Assembly: GCA_051362555.1 (NCBI GenBank)
Contig: CM120640.1
Span: 63,094,788 to 63,158,787 of the forward strand
Origin: Lingula anatina
Taxonomy: Eukaryota; Animalia; Brachiopoda
DNA length: 64,000 bases
Reading direction: 5' to 3'
Shown here: piece after piece, positions 1-14,142 of the stretch
Numbering within the stretch: the first letter of the stretch is position 1
Layout of the letters: every line of letters starts with the position of its first letter
Program-made: the position numbers and the translations under genes
The notes under the pieces: model-generated
Told to the model about the DNA's origin: nothing
Database searches by the model: none
Seen by the model: the letters and a program-made list of their open reading frames with translations, nothing else

Positions 1-590
1 TTCAGTTTCGGTATCTTATGGCCGCTACTCCCGTGAAAATGCACCGATTGACCCCAAATTCATGGAGATGAAAGATGACCTGAAGGGTAACACCTTCCAA
101 TAATATTATTGGTTAAGTCTGTGTGGTGTCTGAATAACAGGGCAAAAAAAAATTTTTTCGTAAAAAATTTCATTTTTTTGAAAATTTTGGCCCATTTGAC
201 CTTGAAGTAAAGGTCAAAGGTCAAATCCAAGGGTATATTTGAAATCTACACATATGACTTTTGGAAAGCCGTCTATAGAAATTTTTCCCATAACTCCTTC
301 CGTAGGGTAGATAATTGGCATTTAATTTTGCCATTTTTAGACAAGGGTGCATTGCAATGAGTGCCACACCCAGACCCCAATACCGACAAAGCCCAAATTT
401 TACGTGGAACGAGTTGAGATTATAGGTGACCTAAATCCATGAGATGGGTACGGGGGCCCTTACCGTCTAGGAGGAGAAGCGGTAACGGTAGCCGTCCGGC
501 GGAGCCAACGGAGCCGGCGGAGCCGGCGGAACGATCCGGACGGGACCGAAACCATGTGTACCGCCAGCGCTAACGCTGGTGGTACAATTA
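1..590 (+). mobile_element. 3' part of a non-autonomous Helentron/HINE-like interspersed repeat in a TMTC1 intron
   Basis: CpG-rich block with the TTTGACCTT..AAGGTCAAA inverted motif (196-225), short GCCGGCGGA-type tandem units (about 490-545) and a terminal hairpin TGTACCGCCAGCG-ctaa-CGCTGGTGGTACA (557-586) followed by an abrupt return to AT-rich host sequence. This resembles Helentron-associated elements of invertebrates; family assignment is from pattern recognition only. Confidence 0.55.
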
Positions 591-873
591 TGTTGCAGTG
601 ATGGTTTGCTGTGTACAATTTCCTGTACTAAGTATCATTTTACAGTACAAGCAAGAAATTTTTCATTCTTTCTTTGATGATCTTAACACTTTTAAGTTTT
701 GTAATTCCATCTTAATTTTGGTTCTATAATGAAATTCCTGGTAGATTGAAAATCAAAAGGAAGAATTTCCAAAGCAAACAATGTATTTAAAAGAAATGCA
801 AAAGAACTGGCCATTTTCCTAATTTGACCTTGAAATATAAACAGCTGAGTTTATGGAGGCTCTTATCACTGAC

Positions 874-3800
874 CTTAACGCTGTTCTGTAATGGTGAACT
901 GCCTGTTCAATGCGACCCCAGTCTTTCAACATGTTGGCATAATTGTAGTGGACCTTGGCATTGTGAGGAAGAGTTTCCAGTCCGGACCTGAGAATTATTA
1001 GGGAATCAGTCACTATCTAAGATTCAATGTAAAAATACCTCATGTTCAAAAGAATAAAGAGGTTTAATGAGGCCAAACAAAAAACTCAACTCAATCTCAA
1101 AAATAAGTATTTCAGCACAGAATGTCGCGGTGTACCAATTAACTTGTCTATACTTACGTAAAGAGTGTCTCTCTGTTGTACCACACCCTATTCCTTATCA
1201 CAGTCCTTGCAGCAAACAAAGCCACAAGGCAATATAACATAGCATGTAGCAGTCTTTTCTTTTGTTTAAATTTGACTGTGATACTGTCAAACCCTTGCAC
1301 AACCAAAATACAAAACCCCATGCTGAAAAACAAGTATATCAAATTGTAATTGATTAACTGTTTAAATTACTCAAATTAAGAAATACATTATTCCAACTAG
1401 CATACATTTACTGTTTATTCTAATAGTAATGTTACCTGTATAGTTTTCTCAATAATGTAGCCAACATGTGCACATTACAAATTACATTATTCAAAAATTT
1501 TAAATGAAAATTTGATCCATTAGGTGTCAAGCATTTCATCTTTCCTTCAAACTGAATGGACACAATTATTTTAATTAAACCATTCAAACTAAAACTAAAC
1601 ATTTTTCAGCAAGATCAAATGATACTTGTATATATTTAGCAGACTTTACCTTGAGATGTAAAGGATTCTTTCAGCAACAACAAAGCCTACCCTAATAAAT
1701 AAATTAGAAGCTGGCAAGAAGGGCACAGTAAGGAAAAGAAGGCCTGTAAATGTCACCTTTCCTGTGGAAGTCTACAACAGAAAAAAGGTAATATTCAAAA
1801 TAAACTGAAATGGAGACAAAACTTTTTATTTGGCAATGAATCATCCAGAATAAATTAACTTTAAGTACATGCAACAACATGAAACAAAACAAAGCTTCAG
1901 TCTTAAACAAGATGAAATATCTGTATGTGATGATTGTTTAAATTTGTAACAAAATCTATGAACAGTATCTTAATGTCATATATTGTTCAAGCTAATAAAT
2001 ATCCAAATTTGTGTAATAAAGAAAAAAACTGACTTTATGAACTGACAGTCAGTTTTCCAAAATATAGCGTACCCATAGCTTTCTTATAACAAACACAACC
2101 AAAAACAGCATCACTATGGCAAAAATGAGTGTTGCCAGGTTACGTATATCCCATAATGTTTCCACCAGGGGAATGCTCCCCATCTGCCAGTCATATGACA
2201 GTGTTATGGGAGCTAGCAGCAGCCACATGTTAAATACTAGAAGGTAGGAGTATGTAAGAAACCTGGAAAGAGAGCATTTGAAGTTCATTTTTCTAGTTTT
2301 TGGAGGACAACACTCGTGAAGTGTTTTAGCATTCTGTCTAAAGAAGGCGAAATTCTATAAAAATTAATGACATAAAAAGGAAGCATGCTGTTTCTTTGCA
2401 GTAAACAGCATAAAGAAAATCACGTCAACGTATTTCATAGGAACTATATACTATTGGAAATATTACAGCAAGAATAAATCCCATTCCTTTTCATATATCT
2501 TAGCATTCTTCTGTATCTTTAAGAACCATTGCAATCAGCTTATAATTATTTACTATGATGACACACCAACCTTGTCAATAAATGAGGAGCAAAAGAAGCA
2601 GGATTGTCTTGCTCTGAAAATGCTGGCAGCATCCCATGCAGCATCCAAATTCTAAAGGATAACAGCAAAATAACCTGAAAAGGAAATGCACTGCATGACC
2701 TGCATTTTATTCTTTCAGGTAAGTATTCTGCATTTAGCACATGTATTATATTGGTATTTTTCCAATATATAATAAGTTATAGTAGAGGCTCAAGCTTAAT
2801 TTTGTATGTTTCTTATCCTAAATTTATAACTATTTCTAGATTTCATCATAGCATATCTTCTTTTTAGAAAGATGTTTTGACAATTCTACTACCAATAGTA
2901 TTTCAATGATGTACTAAGCACAAGGCACTTACAACACATGAAGTAAATATCATTCTTTTAACAAGTGGTGTACAGTTTCTGGTTAGACTCCTCTTTCTCA
3001 GGACCCTGGAAAAGGGCAATATATCCACATATCACTTTGACCTCTAAACAAAAATAAATGTATTTATTGTTGTTTAACGGGTCAACAATGACGTGTCTTA
3101 GGAGGAAGGTCATTTGGAAGTAATGCAGGAGGCGCTGTATTCAAACAGTGAACAGATCACGTGAGAGGGGGAAACGGTCATTCGAAGTTGATTAGTGCTG
3201 CTGTGCAGACACTGGTTCTTCACTTTATTGAAAGCTTGTTTTCATATTTGAAATTTACACTTCTATTATGTCATTAGGTAGAAAGTCACAAAGGTTAGAG
3301 AAAGCGCATGAGTTGGAGTCCGACCCTAATGAGAAGATTTTGAGCAGTAAAAGGTGAGCGAACCTGAGCTGATATAGTCGGATGTGGGGGGTGTGGCATC
3401 AAACAAAGAGGCTGATAACTACTCACCAGAAGAGACTGGAGAACCAGAAAACTAAGTGTGTAGCCAAGAAATATCAGGTGAAGTTGGCTCAAATTTTTAT
3501 TATACTTTCAATTTGTTTAAATCTGATATGGGTCAGATGTTTAAAGGGTTAAAAAAGAGAACTGTCAGAGAAAATTTAACTGTAAGCAAACAATAGAGGT
3601 CCTTTTATGACACTGAATTCAAGTTTAAAGGTAACGGAAAGCAGTTTGAATTTAACACTGAGGTCCATGAAAACATCGAGCTTGCAGAGAGTTAATTTTA
3701 GAAAGGGTAAATAAAGTCTAGTAGCCAGTCAATGAAAAGGTACATTGATCAAATAAAAATAAACATTCGAAGAAGGCAGAGGCACATCCACTCTTTCCTA

Positions 3801-5213
3801 TTTATAAATAAATGATTTTGATGTTTGAAGATGAAGTGATTTTGTTTGTTGAGAGTTATTAGATGATGAATAATTTATATACGTTTAAGCATCAGCGAAT
3901 TAGAATATAATGGAAGCTACCTTCAAAATTATGAAAAGAATTGCATTAAAATTCGTAGAACATGTATGCTTTATACTTTGATATCTGAATTCAAAGTCAC
4001 AGCAGAAACTGTGTAGAAACCTTACCTAAGAGTTCCGCTGTGGCAAATAACAAAAGTATCATATAGTATGTTGACACCAAGCACCGTAATCCCATGCTCC
4101 TTTGTAAACATAGCAGCTGTACCCAATACCATGCTCAACATGAAAATAGGTAACCTTTTGACAGTTGGGAACTCTTCACCTGATTGACAATTTATACATC
4201 TGAAATACAGGTGAAATTTCATAAATGCAGATTAATTGCAATAACAATAATTTATACTATGTTCAACTATCTATCTTAATTTACACTTTACCTCTACATT
4301 GTACAATATTTCAAAGCAATGAAACCATGCAGTGCAGCATAACAGCTCTTATTTGAAGCAACATTCTAATTACTTTACCAAGAATGGACACCTATAACCA
4401 AAAACATACATAAAAAGAAAGATATACAGACCCACCTGACATAGCATAAGAAAGACAGTTGGAAAAATATACAGGCTAATACATCTGCTCGTCCAACAAT
4501 ACCAGCCACCTGCAAGAACAAATGTATTATACGCGATATTCCTTAGTGTCAGTAGTGAATAGTAGTTCAACAGTCAGCAGTTCATTCTTGAACCTTTAGA
4601 AACAATGATGTGTTAACATTATAATATTACTGCTATTTTATTGTGTTCCACATGTTATTTCAATGGTTCATACCATTTATACAAGGAATTGGATATATCC
4701 TAAAGAATATGCAATTTACTTTTAGCCAACATTAAGCTGGTGAAAAAACAAGAGCCTGTTTAATATATATTTTACTGAATTAAAAATACAAGCTGTGTTC
4801 ACAAAGGAAATAACTTGGATCAGAAAGGGAGACAGTTGTGTCATTAATCCCATGGTAGTTTTCAATGTTGGGCGATTTGGTGATGTAAAATGAGGCAAAT
4901 TGTAGACATGTACAAATATCATACCTATCGTGGTTTATTTCTGATCTTAGCTATAAACATCACTATTTCTGATCTAAGCTAAGTCTCATGTGAATACAAC
5001 TTTATTCTTACAGCTTCTGTATGCACTGGGTGAACAGCAAACAGCAGTCCTGCCAGCAGGGCCAGGTGGGAAGATGGTCTATAGACTAAAGTATCACAGA
5101 TATGGACAAACAGCAGTGTGGCAATGGTGTGGAGGGCCACATTCACAACATGGAAAGAGACAGGGTTCAGTCCACCTAGCATGTAATTCAACCTGGAATA
5201 ATATTTCAAAAAG

Positions 5214-5244
<31 letters not shown>

Positions 5245-7392
5245 TGACTTTATCAAACCTCTTCTTAAGTTTCTTCAAATAAAAAAAGTTGTAAGAATAA
5301 TCAAAGACATCCCTGTTTGGTTTTCTAAAATCATAAGAATTGTCAAAAGATTATTTACTTGAAGAACAATCTGAAAGATAAGTAAGTATATGAATGTGCC
5401 ATCCACTGAATTTATACAAGTTCTATTTAACCACCAGTGTGACACATTCATTCACACTCCAAACACTATGATCCTATTGTACTTGTTATATATACATGGT
5501 GTGATGAACCATATCTTTCTTTCATGACACTGAACAATAGTGTATTTACAATATCTGGACATAGATATAAAAACTGTACATGAATCATTTACACCTCTCT
5601 TTCAAGTAAACAATTACTATTTTATCCACTCTGTGACAGTTTGAAACACACACATAATGGTGCAACCATAAAACCTAGGTTAATCTTACCAAAGTAGAGA
5701 CTTAACTTGTGTAGTATAGTTTATGAGAAATAGTTTAATGGGTTCCACGCCACAGTTTCATATGCTAAATACATTAGCTTAAGCTTGTTTCATCTCCACA
5801 CTTGAAGTACTGTATGTATGCCTGCCCTGCCTACCCGTATACAGCTGCCCTATTTACTATAAGTGTATATACTAAAGTGTTATTAAAACTAATGTTGACA
5901 GCTTTAAAGCAGCACCTGACTGGTAACAAAAAGGTTGGCATACTTATGTGTATCATTCTGAATGCAGTTAGAAATTGCAGGCACATGAAAAAAAAAATTC
6001 CACCGTGAATAACGATCTTAAACATTATTATTCTAATCTATAATGTGAAAATCTTGCAATGATTCAAGGTAAGCAATCCAGGTAAGGTTCAGTATAACTG
6101 TATACCTAGTTATTTATCTGTTTTGGCATCTGTAGCCTGTACATGTTAATATAAGGCACAAGGAGTATTAGTCTGCCCATGTCTGAGTACTTACATTGTA
6201 TTAGGCTTACCTGGCGACTTTTAAAATTTGCATGCACAATTCCTGATCAACAAAACAAAATGTACCAAAGTTTTAAAACTTATAAAATGCAAATTTTTAT
6301 GCCTGATATTTTTGTTTCAACTATTTTCATCTTTTTTTTTTATTTCTAAGAAAAGTCTTTATTTTTTGCCTTGAATTGGATTCATGCTTCTAACAATCAT
6401 AAGAATTTCAATCATGATCTCTGAGATACTGGCATTTATTCTAGAATGACATGCCTTTAATTAGTAAACCAGTGGACATGAGCTATTCAAGTTTATAACA
6501 TGATAATTTAGCCCCCCCCAAAAAAAAATTTTTTTTTTAAACTTATTCGTACTCTGGTGCACACCCACTTCCCAGCCTACACTTTTCCACTAGTATTTCA
6601 GCATGACACCTTGTGAAATCCCACACAGAAAAAAAAATTTAGAGGTAAAAGTTGTAAAAACAGGGCATCCATGAATATATGCTTGCATACTTAATTTAAA
6701 ATAAGGCTTAGCCCATGCAAGGAAAAAAAACACTGGCACATACTGTCAACATTGCAGGGAAAATATGCATCTGACAAAAATGACATTTATTATTAAAAGA
6801 ACTGAATAAAATCTCTTTGGCATGCTTAATTGGTAAGGAATTTTTTTCATGCAGCACAAGGACTTATGGGCGAATGTTTAGTTGCAAGAGAAGACTACAC
6901 TTATGTCTTTCGACTGGGGCAATACCAGGAGCTTGAAGGTATAAAGCCTGATGCTCTAGATAATTACCAAAATACATGTAGGAAGAGTTACACTTATGTT
7001 ATATATCATACATGTAATATATGGACACTTGCACACCTGAAAGACAGAACACACAGCGGCCTATATGACTTGTGACTTGTGTTGTCTGCCATTGATTTGC
7101 CCCAGAAGTCATTAGAAAACATCTGCGACCATGGCGTGTTTCCTGTGACATCTCCGTTGGATTTAATGGCGGATACATCGTCATGAACAAAATCACCTTG
7201 CAAACTGTTCACGTAGCAAAGTAAACAAGCAGCACTTGGAAGTACATATTTAAGCAGTTTTCCATTTTCTCTGTTAAGCAGTCTTTCCTGTTGACTATAC
7301 AGATAGTTGTTGTTGATGTTCCTTATTAGAGGTACGGAATTTTCTTCTTGTTGTCCTTCTGAACAGCCCACCCTCCTCTTTACCGCCATCAT
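874..7392 (-). CDS. TMTC1: TMTC1-like protein O-mannosyltransferase (TM/DUF1736 region plus start of TPR region), coding exons 1-10; gene continues beyond window start
   Basis: Exons on minus strand, all GT-AG and phase-consistent: 7392-7037, 5192-5012, 4509-4436, 4199-4026, 3005-2933, 2674-2571, 2262-2073, 1771-1650, 1322-1158, 987-874. TMTC motifs: [92 protein letters not shown] and the QMGSIPLV motif favour the TMTC1 paralogue. Confidence 0.93.
3540..3785 (+). pseudogene. Possible decayed gag fragment of a second DIRS-order retrotransposon in a TMTC1 intron
   Basis: Frame at 3618-3695 reads [21 protein letters not shown] between stops, followed out of frame by KNKHSKKAE. This resembles the FKxKGNxxQxxFNxxV ... 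RNKxIxxAD Gag motif I recall from invertebrate DIRS elements; needs a search. Confidence 0.4.
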
Positions 7393-7449
7393 TATTTTGA
7401 ACCCGTGCACTTGTGGTCAGCTCTGTGACGTCACATCGAACATGGCGGC
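7393..7449. promoter_or_regulatory. Ultra-compact bidirectional promoter between TMTC1 and the ankyrin gene
   Basis: ATGs at 7392/7389 (minus) and 7442 (plus). Palindrome TGTGACGTCACA at 7424-7435 contains a perfect CRE. GAACATGGCGGC at 7438-7449 matches TISU/YY1. Local CpG enrichment against a CpG-poor background. Confidence 0.75.
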
Positions 7450-10400
7450 GCCCATGTCGTTAGCGACCGCTGCGGCAAATGGGGATGTTTTTGTAAGATT
7501 TTGAACACAGATTGATATAAGGATTCCTTAGATTATGCCATATGTATCTAAGATGCCTTGTGTTAATATTTTGATAAAAAGTTTATTTTAAGTAGGTCAA
7601 AATAACCCCTTATATCTCATATCTAAGGTAAACAACATGGCTACCCTAGTTCAAAAGTATAAACAATTTCTAAATAAGTCACGCGAAAAAATGTTTTAAG
7701 AACAACGGCGAATAGTCAAAATAGTCATACGAAAAGCTTCGCTATTAGAAAACTACTGATAAATTTTCGCAATATAAAGATTTTTCTTATTTCTTTTACA
7801 GCTTATCAAAGATCTTCTGCAGCGCGGAGGTGCTGATATAAATCTCAAGTCTTCAGACGGCATGACTCCCCTTTCAGTAGCTGCATTCTGGGGTTATTCA
7901 GATATAGTGCAGCTTTTATTAGAGCATGGGTGAGGATTAAATGCTGTTTTTTATGAACGCCTACTACATGAATTGTGACCGTTGCCATGCATATATAAGT
8001 GACTGCAAAAACGATGGCAGGAATGTACTGAGTATTTGCTGTACAGCCAAATTTTATACTAGGCAATATTTAACATGCCAGAGTAAATCTAGGTTTGAAT
8101 CTGTTCATTGGTCAGTGTGAATACAGAATGTATGAACTTCAATCAAACCATGGGCACAACATTTATTGCCCCACTTTGAGATTTGACTTGTGCTGCTATA
8201 CTGTACTGTACTAGTACTAATTACTACCTGTAGGTATACTCAGTACTTCAGTACTATGTGTTTTGCCAAAATGTTTACACACCCAAAATAGGTATATGTC
8301 TGATGTGTATCTAGCTGATAACTGCCCCCAAAAATTATACTGTGTTCAAAATTATTCTCAAAAAGGATAATTACACAGTATGTAATTATTGGATGTTTAA
8401 AACACATTTGGAGATATACATGGGCATGTGTATGATGACCTACATGTAGAAGCCACAATTTAGAGACCAAATTTTTCATTGTGGAACCAGGTATTTTTAC
8501 AACAAGTACATTTGTAGAGCATAGCATTTAAACCATTTTCATTCCCCTTCTTTTTTACTACTCAGGTATAATTACATCTACTGAAAATTCATCTATATTA
8601 TTTAGATGTGTAATTGTGAAATTAAATGTTTCTGAACAAACTCAAAATCTGCAGTAATACAGTCTTATTAATCACCAGACATACCTATATTTTGCCATAA
8701 CAGGCAGATGATGCAGTCTCATTTGGAGTGCCTCAATCAGCTTTATTTTACCAGCAATTGATGCTTAGCCATCCCATGGGAGGGTTCCAGACCCACCCCT
8801 CCCTCAGTAGAGGGTGATTTACTCCATATTTCAACCTTCAGGAGCAGATTCAGAGATATTTTCTGACACATTTTTTGACAGCCTTTAAATTATTTTTGTT
8901 GATCCACCCTCCATTTTTGACCGTCTTCCGACAGAAAAAATTAGATACCTGTCAGTGTAAACTTGAAAATCTGACCATCTTCCAGAAGACCCAGAAAACG
9001 GCCTCAATCCGTCCCTGACCTTAGTCTACCAGCCAGCCTGCTAATGATGCCTTCATAGTGTACTATGTTGAAAGTGCTTTAAATATTTTGGCAGAATTTC
9101 ATTTGGTTAATAATATCATGCAGTAAAATGTCACCTCAGAGATGCTGTTGTTCCCCTAGGCCTTTGATATCTAATAATGAACCAGTCATTTTTATATCAG
9201 CTAATTGGTAACCTGAACCATATTTGAATGACCTTAAGCACTTGGGTATTAAGGTCAGTTACAAATTAGAGTCATTGACGTTGGACTACCATGGTCATTT
9301 TGTGCAGATAGTGCTAATCATCATTATTTGTCATAAGCAAGATTGATGGATGATTCTGAGTAACAACAACCTTTTGATGATCAAATGATGTTGAGAAATA
9401 CCATTAGTATGGAAATCTAAATGTTATTTGAAACGTTACGTAGTCAGCATATCAGTGGTGAGATTGTGTAGAAATATGCATATGAGAAGAGGGCATTTTA
9501 TGTATTTAGCAGAATGTAATTATATGTCTTTGAAAGACTTTGTCAAATATCTGTCACTTGTTTCTAGTGACTGGTTGTCAGTTGTCAGATGAAACGACTA
9601 TAAAGCCAATGTTTAAAAAAGGAGTCTTAAAAAGCATGTGAGGTAAATAAACACTTTGTATGGAAAATTCATTGTGAATTAATCTAGAATATAAACCTTA
9701 TTATGTATACCCACATGCACCCCCAGTGGGCCCATATGCACACACATGTAAATATTTGCTTTTATTTTTTTAGTGCTGATGTAAATTCTTGCAATAGTGG
9801 TACAATGTGGACTGCCCTGCACTGTGCTGCCTTCCAGGGACATGGCAAAGTTATCATGAAAATTATGGAATATAAACCAAATCTCTCATGTAAAGATAAT
9901 CAAGGGAGGTAGGTTGTTTGCCTAGGGCAGAAATATGGACAGCCATTTTTGTTCGATTTTCAGAAGAACAAGAAAGCTTCAGAAGTTTCTTGAGTGTGTG
10001 TGCAAGTAGCTTTTGAAACAAAGATTTTCAAGGAGGTGCTCCTCCTTTGTTAATAATATCTGTTCCTATTATCTTTGAAATAAAGTTTTGCCTAATGAAT
10101 ATGAAGTATAATAAAGATTAAGACTGTTAGCCATTATTACTTTAAGTATCAAAATTCAAGATTTGTAGAAATGGAAAGTTCATAAATAATAAATGTTTCT
10201 TTGAAAATGATTTTTGTGAAGATTATGAGCTTTAATTATCTGATATTATTAATGTCTGTTTTGTTTTATTCCTATAGAACAGCTGCAGATTTTGCATCAG
10301 CTTTGGATGCAATTTGGCCATTTTTTGCTGGTAAGTAAAATGCTTGTAATTATTCTTCATTAACTCAGGGCTAATACATTTGCAGGGTTTTTGCTTGGAA

Positions 10401-13198
10401 TAATGGGTCTGTCAACAGAAATCAATAGACAAGTTTATTGTATTTTAAATATTGTTTGGGTGCTTATTACTTAAATGTGCACAACTGCATCATGCAGACA
10501 TGCACTGTATATAGTACTTGCATGCATACGTGCACCTTTCTTCAGGCTCCAGTTATGTGTGAAGCAATTGTTACGACTACTGATAATGAGTTTCTGATGG
10601 GATTACAGAAGTGCTGTTCGGGACATATCAGTCTTCCTTGTCTTCAGTCATTACTGGTAACGCGACACTAATGCAAGCTACTTCTATCCCATCACTGGGA
10701 ATGTTTTCCAAGGATAATGTTCATTGATTTGCTAATACCTCTATACTTAATTCCCTCATGTGAGACATGTTAAAGTAGTGTGTGCCATTGATAGTGCTCT
10801 TTGGGAACATATGATAAGACTATGGTTCGCCACTGGTAGACAGATTTTTGTCTGTTTTTAAAGACACGGTTGGTGGGACTTTAGTATGCTCTAAATTCCT
10901 ATAAGCAATTCAGATGATCTGTACTTATATCTTTAAAGTTTAAGAAACATCTTTAAGCAAATGGAACATATGTGAAATGTAGAATGAAAGCTAACCCTGT
11001 TAAGGTACTTTGATCCTTGCACCCTTCTGTGCACCAACATTGTACATGTACATGTAGCTGAAGTCATCTAAGCATACAGTTTTGTTTTATAGCATTTACA
11101 TTTATACACACTTTCCCTTCAGTTTGCAATCTTGTGTTCTGATAGGAATCATGCAACCTTTGCTTTTATGTTAAACTACATATGGAGGCAGAAAAATGTG
11201 TTATGATACAGGTACGGGTTCCATAAATTCTGAAGCCCTGTGTTCATGTCAATGCTTTGTTAAGGTGAATATCCATTATGGTGAACAAATTCATAATTTT
11301 AAATTCATATTTGATAAATTGCAAAATTTTAAATAGTTATAAAAGCTGTTAATTAATGCCTTAAATATTTTTTTGATATTTCACAGCGGCCGGATGCAAG
11401 AGAACATCTAAGGCAGATCTAATAAAAATGAACATTGTCAGAAAGGTAAGTTCTGACTTTGAGGATCCTCTTTTTTGTAAAGTCATAAATCAAATATGAA
11501 AAGGCAATGCTTCGTTGAATGTATAATTGTGTTTATTTGAGATTGTTGCATGTTTTTTTTTTTACAAATGGTTTAAAAAAGGTTTGAAAAAAAAAAAACA
11601 AACATAAAACAGAGACCATACTTGCAATCTTTAATATGTTGACCATACCTTTCTTTATTTCCAGGTGCTTATATAGATTTATGTGTATATTGGACAAGAA
11701 TTTTACAGAAATCTGATGTTATTCCAGCCATCTCCACTGAAGTCAGTTCATATATCCAGTCACACAGTTTACATGATCAAATTGCCCCTATTTTTCAAGG
11801 AAAATTCTGACTGTCATCTGGAAATCCCAGAAGACCATCTGAATTGGCCCCTGGATGTTAGCCTGAAAGATAATCCTAATATTTTCTAGGTTTCCAGTGA
11901 TGATGCCAGCGTCCCCCAGTCTGACATTGCCCACTTCTCACGACCTGGTTCCTCCTATGCCATGAGGTCACAGTCACTTAGAGGAAACTGGAATGATGTG
12001 AATAAGGTATCACTGGTCGATTCAAGATTTTAGGATAGGCTGGGGGTGAAAGGGGGGGATAAAGTGATGTGAAACATTTCATTTCACTTGGTTTATCTAT
12101 GTAAGTTGATTAAATCTCTGGTATATATTCCCAACTGGATGTTTTTTTATGCCATCCAGTTACTAGTGAGTCTTTTATGCTACTGGAGCAGAATCAATGT
12201 TATATTTCAATTTCTTGAAAATGAATTCCCTATATATGGCAAACATATGCATCACCTATTTTAATGAGTGCTACAAATTCTACATTTTACTGCTCACTGA
12301 ACCTACAGATGCATGGTAGGGATAGTGGATGCAATGCTGATATAAAAAAATCAATCCTCTGATGACCTGTGGGATCAACAATATTTTTTTAGATCAGTAA
12401 TATCACAAAAAGTTTGGTGAAATGAGACATATATCTGTAATACACATCTTAATGATATCGCTTAAAGATTCAACCGAAGCAGTGTGTTCTGGAGTGTCCT
12501 GATGAGGTTTGCCAGAGGATGATATTGATAAATGATCTGTTAATGACATCCCATTTTCAATCTAGATCTCTCTGCAAAATGAAAGTTTTATTGGTCTCTG
12601 TATGCTATTTTTCTTTGTGCTTTTATCTGAGTATTGTGAGAAAAAAAAAATAAAACAGTGTTAATACTTATAATAGAAATGCAATCAGCATTCTGCATTC
12701 ATCCATCTTCAGTTCCTGATTGCCTTGAGATGTGGAAGTAATTTCCTTCATGGACAATTAGCACGTGCTGCCAGTCTACTATATATCACTTGAGTTAGAA
12801 ATTACAGTATATTAGTATATAATGCTGAAAGGAATAAAAAAAAAGAAATCCATGGATAGTGATAATACTGGTTTAACACTGTATTTTTAGTAGTGTGTGT
12901 GTGCGTGCGTGCGTGCTTGCATGCTATAGGGGCTGTGTTTATTTGTAAACAGGACCTGGGCAAATATGTTGGTACAATTGCTTGAAAGTTACTGTATATT
13001 AGGGATCCTCAAAGTCAAAATATAATGATAAAGCAGACAAAATTCACAGGACATAGTTTTTAAACCTTATGTATGTTTTCTTTTCCTCAGGAGGTGGCAG
13101 CAATAACAGGTGATGTCTTGGCCTCTCTTCCCGAGGAACCTTTAAGCCGTGGCTACAACAATGGAGACAGCCCTTCATTGGCAGCATGGAGAAGCTGA
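7442..13198 (+). CDS. Small ankyrin-repeat protein, 7 coding exons, 216 aa, complete
   Basis: Exons 7442-7492, 7802-7929, 9774-9908, 10278-10330, 11387-11445, 11890-12006, 13091-13198 (651 nt, phases match, TGA at 13196-13198). Ankyrin motifs GADIN..DGMTPLSVAAFWGYSDIVQLLLEHGADVN, WTALHCAAFQGHGKV, KDNQGRTA. Most exons are too short for the ORF track. Confidence 0.88.
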
Positions 13199-14083
13199 TA
13201 TTGGACACGTCTGTGCCTAGACTAAGCATAAATTTATCCACAAATGTTTTTTTTATTGTTTTCTATGGGGATGGCTCTGTCCTTCCTGGTGGATGAGGGG
13301 ATTGGTTTTTCCACTTTGCAACCCCTGCACAAAGTTTTACTACTTTGTTCTATCAACAGTAAGAAATGGACCAAAGAGGTTGAATAAGGACTTCAGAAGT
13401 AGATTGGTGTGCGTGGGGTTAGGAAAATCCTCGTGGAGAAACGAGCTTACTTTATTTAACAGTTGCTGTAATTCTTAGTCATTGATGTGACTGAGGTTTA
13501 GGAAACTGAGAGTGTTGGCTTACAGTTTACATCTTTTCATTTACATTTTTACCACTCTCTTAATGCTTTTGATAGAAAAAGATCAGAAATGGATAATGAT
13601 GCTTTATTTGGCTGATGGGTAGTGAATAATCTTATTTTGTAGCCATTTCCATGTATATGTGCATGGGGAGGTGGGGTGGAAAGAAGTATTGGTTACAAGA
13701 CGAAATAGCTGCAAATTAATTTTGACTTCGTATTCTCTGTGAAACTCAATGAGAGGTGTAAAGAGGGGAGAAAAGTCACAGACAAGGGGACAACACATTT
13801 TAGGAGAGATTTTGTTGAAACTTGGGTCCATCATACACTGGATAAGAAATGTGGCATCTTCTATTTAACCCTTGAGAGATTTAGGTAATCATCCCCTTTT
13901 GTCCTCCGTAATAGACTATAAACCATTTTGATAGCATTAATTTAGTAACAATCAATGTCTGTTCCTGTAATTAACTAGTACACGAATACCATAATACTTC
14001 ATGGTTGCTAAAAAAATATCTGCTACCATTTTAAACATACACGCTTGTGGGACTGTGTTCTAAAAAGTTACCTTTTTTAACGA

Positions 14084-14085
<2 letters not shown>

Positions 14086-14140
<55 letters not shown>
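14086..14140. repeat. (TA)n microsatellite
   Basis: Pure TA run, just upstream of a plus-strand AATAAA at 14165-14170 (possible ankyrin-gene polyA signal). Confidence 0.95.
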
Positions 14141-14142
<2 letters not shown>

